DNA of 63,981 nucleotides, filler included, from a bacterium (GTDB lineage Bacteria; UBA9089; CG2-30-40-21; SBAY01): NCBI GenBank assembly GCA_040757115.1. It is 6 parts of 6 records of this genome, joined end to end, with 100 filler letters (N's around TTAATTAATTAA, not from the genome) between each part and the next. Parts side by side here need not be neighbours in the genome. Positions count along the whole stretch, not along the records: positions 60,937 to 63,981 come from JBFLYA010000350.1; 5 more parts are not named here. One strand, 5' to 3'. Shown piece by piece: positions 61,164 to 63,981 of this stretch (position 1 is its first letter; each line of letters starts with the position of its first letter). The notes under the pieces were generated by a model. It saw only the letters and a program-made list of their open reading frames with translations, ran no database searches and was not told where the DNA came from. The position numbers and the translations under genes were made by a program.

Positions 61164-62414
61164 TTATTTAAAACTTTTTTCTACTTCTTCTATTATCTTC
61201 TCTATGGGTATATTTGTCTTATCATCGAAATATGTAAATTCTTCCTCGTGTTTTTCTTCTTTAGTTTCTTGTTGTAGTTTTGTTTCTTCAACTACCTCAT
61301 CAATAGCTTTTCCCAGGACTTTTTCTGCCCTTATGGCGGCTTCTTTGGCTTTTTTAGCCACTGTTTCAGCCATTTCTTCTTCTAAAGATAGTGGTTTAGC
61401 ACCTTCTTCTAACAGTGGTATTGTTGGTTCTTCGATTTGAGGAGGAGTTACTTCTTCAAGAGATGGTGTTAATTCCATTTTAATGCCCTCAGGCATAATT
61501 GATTCCATACCTATTTCTACGGTTCCCACTTCTGCACCTTTTTTAGTATAGACAAAGCCTCCTTTTACCTCACCCATATCTATTGTTCCGTGAATACCTT
61601 TCTCTTTTGTATAGGTAAATTCACCCTTTGCCTCGCCCATTTCAATAGTTCCTTCAATACCTTTCTCTTTAGAATAAGTAAAATCACTTTTTACCTCACC
61701 CATATCTATTGTTCCGACGATACCGCGTTCTTTTGAGAAGGTAAAATCTCCCGGCACACCATCCATATCTACGGTTCCAAAAACACCTTTTTCCTTTGAG
61801 TAAGTAAATTTACCTCTGGCATCAGCCATTTTTACATTTCCTTCAATTCCTTTAGAAATGGAGTAAATAAAATCAGCTGGCACACCACCCATATCTACTG
61901 CTCCAAATAGACCTTTTTCTTTTGAGTATGTAAAATCGCCTTCTGCACCACCCATATCAATGATTCCCACGATACCTTTTTCTTTTGCATAACTAAATTC
62001 TGCAACGACATCACCCATCGTTATAATTCCTGCAATTCCTTTGTCCTTAGTATAATTAAAGTCTCCAACGACACCTCCCATATCTACTGTTCCATAAATA
62101 CCTTTTTCCTGGCTAAATGTAAATTTTGCTTCAGCATCATCCATTTTGAAATTTCCTTCGATGCCTTTTGTTTTGGAGTAAGTAAATTCACCTTCTACGC
62201 CACCCATATCGACAATGCCATAAACACCCCTTTCTTTTGAATAGGTAAATTTAGCCCTGGCATCGCCCAGTTGTGCTTCACCTTCAATCCCTTTATCCTT
62301 TGAGAAAACAAATTCTCCTGTTGCTTCACCCAAATCTATCCTTCCAATAATTCCTTTATCTTTTGAAGATAACATACCACTCTTCACCTCATCTTTTTCG
62401 ACTGTTTTTTTCAT
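61164..62414 (-). CDS. Hypothetical protein with about 13-14 tandem 21-aa repeats and an acidic tail
   Basis: FTYSKEKGIxGxxDMGxxxGx units; AGGAGG RBS. Confidence 0.85.
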   Translation of the reverse strand: MKKTVEKDEVKSGMLSSKDKGIIGRIDLGEATGEFVFSKDKGIEGEAQLGDARAKFTYSKERGVYGIVDMGGVEGEFTYSKTKGIEGNFKMDDAEAKFTFSQEKGIYGTVDMGGVVGDFNYTKDKGIAGIITMGDVVAEFSYAKEKGIVGIIDMGGAEGDFTYSKEKGLFGAVDMGGVPADFIYSISKGIEGNVKMADARGKFTYSKEKGVFGTVDMDGVPGDFTFSKERGIVGTIDMGEVKSDFTYSKEKGIEGTIEMGEAKGEFTYTKEKGIHGTIDMGEVKGGFVYTKKGAEVGTVEIGMESIMPEGIKMELTPSLEEVTPPQIEEPTIPLLEEGAKPLSLEEEMAETVAKKAKEAAIRAEKVLGKAIDEVVEETKLQQETKEEKHEEEFTYFDDKTNIPIEKIIEEVEKSFK

Positions 62415-62509
62415 TCTTCTCTACCTCCTTAATGTTTGGTAACTGGTAATTGGTAATTGGTAATTGGTAACTGGTAATTAGTTACCAGTTACCAATCACC
62501 AGTTACCAG

Positions 62510-62932
62510 TTACTTAAGGGTTTGCCCCTTTAAATCCAGATAATTTTGTAATATTAAAATTGCGGCTAATTTATCTACCGTGCCTTTTTGTTTTCTCTTT
62601 TTTAATGGTGCATTTTTTAATGTATTTTTAGCTATTTTAGTGGTCAGGCGTTCATCCCATGTTTTAATTGGGATACTTAAATTTAACTTCATTGTCTCAA
62701 CCAATTTAAGTATTTTATTCGCCTGTATTCCCATCTTCCCACTCATTTCCTTTGGTAGTCCAACAACTATTTCTTTTACCTGATATTTATTAATTAACTT
62801 TTCAAGGTGGCTAAAAAGTAAAGTATCACTTTCTCGAACAATTACCTCTATTCCTTGAGCGGTTATTTCCAATTCATCGCTTATAGATACACCAATTCTC
62901 CGCTCTCCAATATCTAAACCTAATATTCTCAT
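62510..62932 (-). CDS. ruvX: YqgF/RuvX pre-16S rRNA nuclease
   Basis: ILGLDIGERRIGVSISD, IVVGLP, WDERLTT and VDKLAAILILQ. Confidence 0.95.
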   Translation of the reverse strand: MRILGLDIGERRIGVSISDELEITAQGIEVIVRESDTLLFSHLEKLINKYQVKEIVVGLPKEMSGKMGIQANKILKLVETMKLNLSIPIKTWDERLTTKIAKNTLKNAPLKKRKQKGTVDKLAAILILQNYLDLKGQTLK

Positions 62933-63601
62933 TTATATTTTCTTTTTCAAAGCCAGTGCTTCTGGGGTTCCTTTGCCATAACCATTCATTCCAAATTCAA
63001 CACTTCGACGCAACCAGCAGATTTCGCGTGTAAGTCTTTCTACCTCTTTAACAACATCATTTAACCCTTTTTCTTCCGTAAATAGCAGGATACTACGAAT
63101 ATTCAAATCAATATGAAATGAATCATTGTGCATTTCTTTAAACATATCTTCATACGCGATAAACACCTCGAATTCTTTAGGTTTGGCTGGGTCATTTATA
63201 TATTCCATAGCATGGGCAAAGAAAAACCTTATCTCCTCTTTTGGCGGAATCACCTTCAAGTTTTTAAAGATAGGTAACTCCGAAATGGTTATTTTGGGTT
63301 TATCTCGATATAGGATATCTGGAGCAAACTTACAATTAAAGTTAAACGCCGCTCCTTCGCCTATATTGCGAATTACTACTTCCAATGCTTGAATCTGACT
63401 TTCTCTGGGCTTAATATCTACAATCACATAAGGCATACTTTCTGATTTACGAATCTCCTTAAATTCCTCTATTAATTTGTAGGAGGCCGTAGTTGATTTA
63501 CGAACCTGTCTGGCAAGATACCAAATCATACACACAAACACACTTCCTATTACGACTAATCCTACAATTGGCCACACCTGTAAACCTATCTCTAAACTCA
63601 T
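62933..63601 (-). CDS. Hypothetical protein with an N-terminal TM helix
   Basis: 222 aa; AGGAGG RBS; PYVIV and IRNIGEGAA motifs. Confidence 0.7.
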   Translation of the reverse strand: MSLEIGLQVWPIVGLVVIGSVFVCMIWYLARQVRKSTTASYKLIEEFKEIRKSESMPYVIVDIKPRESQIQALEVVIRNIGEGAAFNFNCKFAPDILYRDKPKITISELPIFKNLKVIPPKEEIRFFFAHAMEYINDPAKPKEFEVFIAYEDMFKEMHNDSFHIDLNIRSILLFTEEKGLNDVVKEVERLTREICWLRRSVEFGMNGYGKGTPEALALKKKI

Positions 63602-63981
63602 TTTCTTATCCTCCTTATTAAGTAGATAATATCCCCTCCCTTTATATATCGGCTAAATAGCCAAATTTCTTTAATTATTACTTTACCACAAAATTTGTTA
63701 TCTGTCAAGGAAAATTTCGACCTGTGCAGGTAGAAAATTAAGGAAGTAGATTTTTAATAGTAAGCGGGTGGATTTAGTAAGCGGATTTAACGGCTTTAGC
63801 GGAAAAAGAAATAAAAAAAATCCGCTCAATCCGTTTAATCCGCTTACAATAAAAAATGGTAAGCGTTCAGGTGGTGTAACAAAAGGAGATGTGGAGATTA
63901 AGGAGATAGGGAGATATTATTAAAAAAATTGAAATTAATAGAAACTAATAGAAATTTATGGAAATTTGTTGTTTTCCACAA

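Overview
AT-rich bacterial sequence made of six contigs joined by five artificial 100-bp N/TTAATTAATTAA linkers, so adjacency across the gaps is not real. The organism is probably a diderm anaerobe (LptF/G permease, futalosine mqnA/mqnC, 2[4Fe-4S] ferredoxin, archaeal-type ADH synthase). The housekeeping genes are lepA, accA, pilT, folE, mobA, argH, def, truB-ribF-rpsO-bioB, tRNA-Cys and ruvX. A minus-strand nitrogen-assimilation cluster (FMN glutamate-synthase-like gene, two glnA, nadE, GAF-ANTAR regulator) has a clear ANTAR dual-hairpin/terminator leader and is interleaved with toxin-antitoxin-like modules and an IS1202-like element. A hicAB pair sits in a stand-alone integron cassette with a complete attC. 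There is also an RHS fragment and several repeat proteins. The most unusual signal is intergenic: (i) a 50-51-bp site with a covarying hairpin separates short non-coding modules that recur in different orders at six loci, and the arrays often end at the ribosome-binding site of a host gene; (ii) at least two families of transposase-less elements with 8-bp target duplications carry heptamer-repeat hairpins and internally deleted GxxExxY and DUF559 genes (a further family carries a four-helix-bundle remnant), and one of them demonstrably splits a TolB-like gene. All family assignments come from motifs read by eye; no database search was run.
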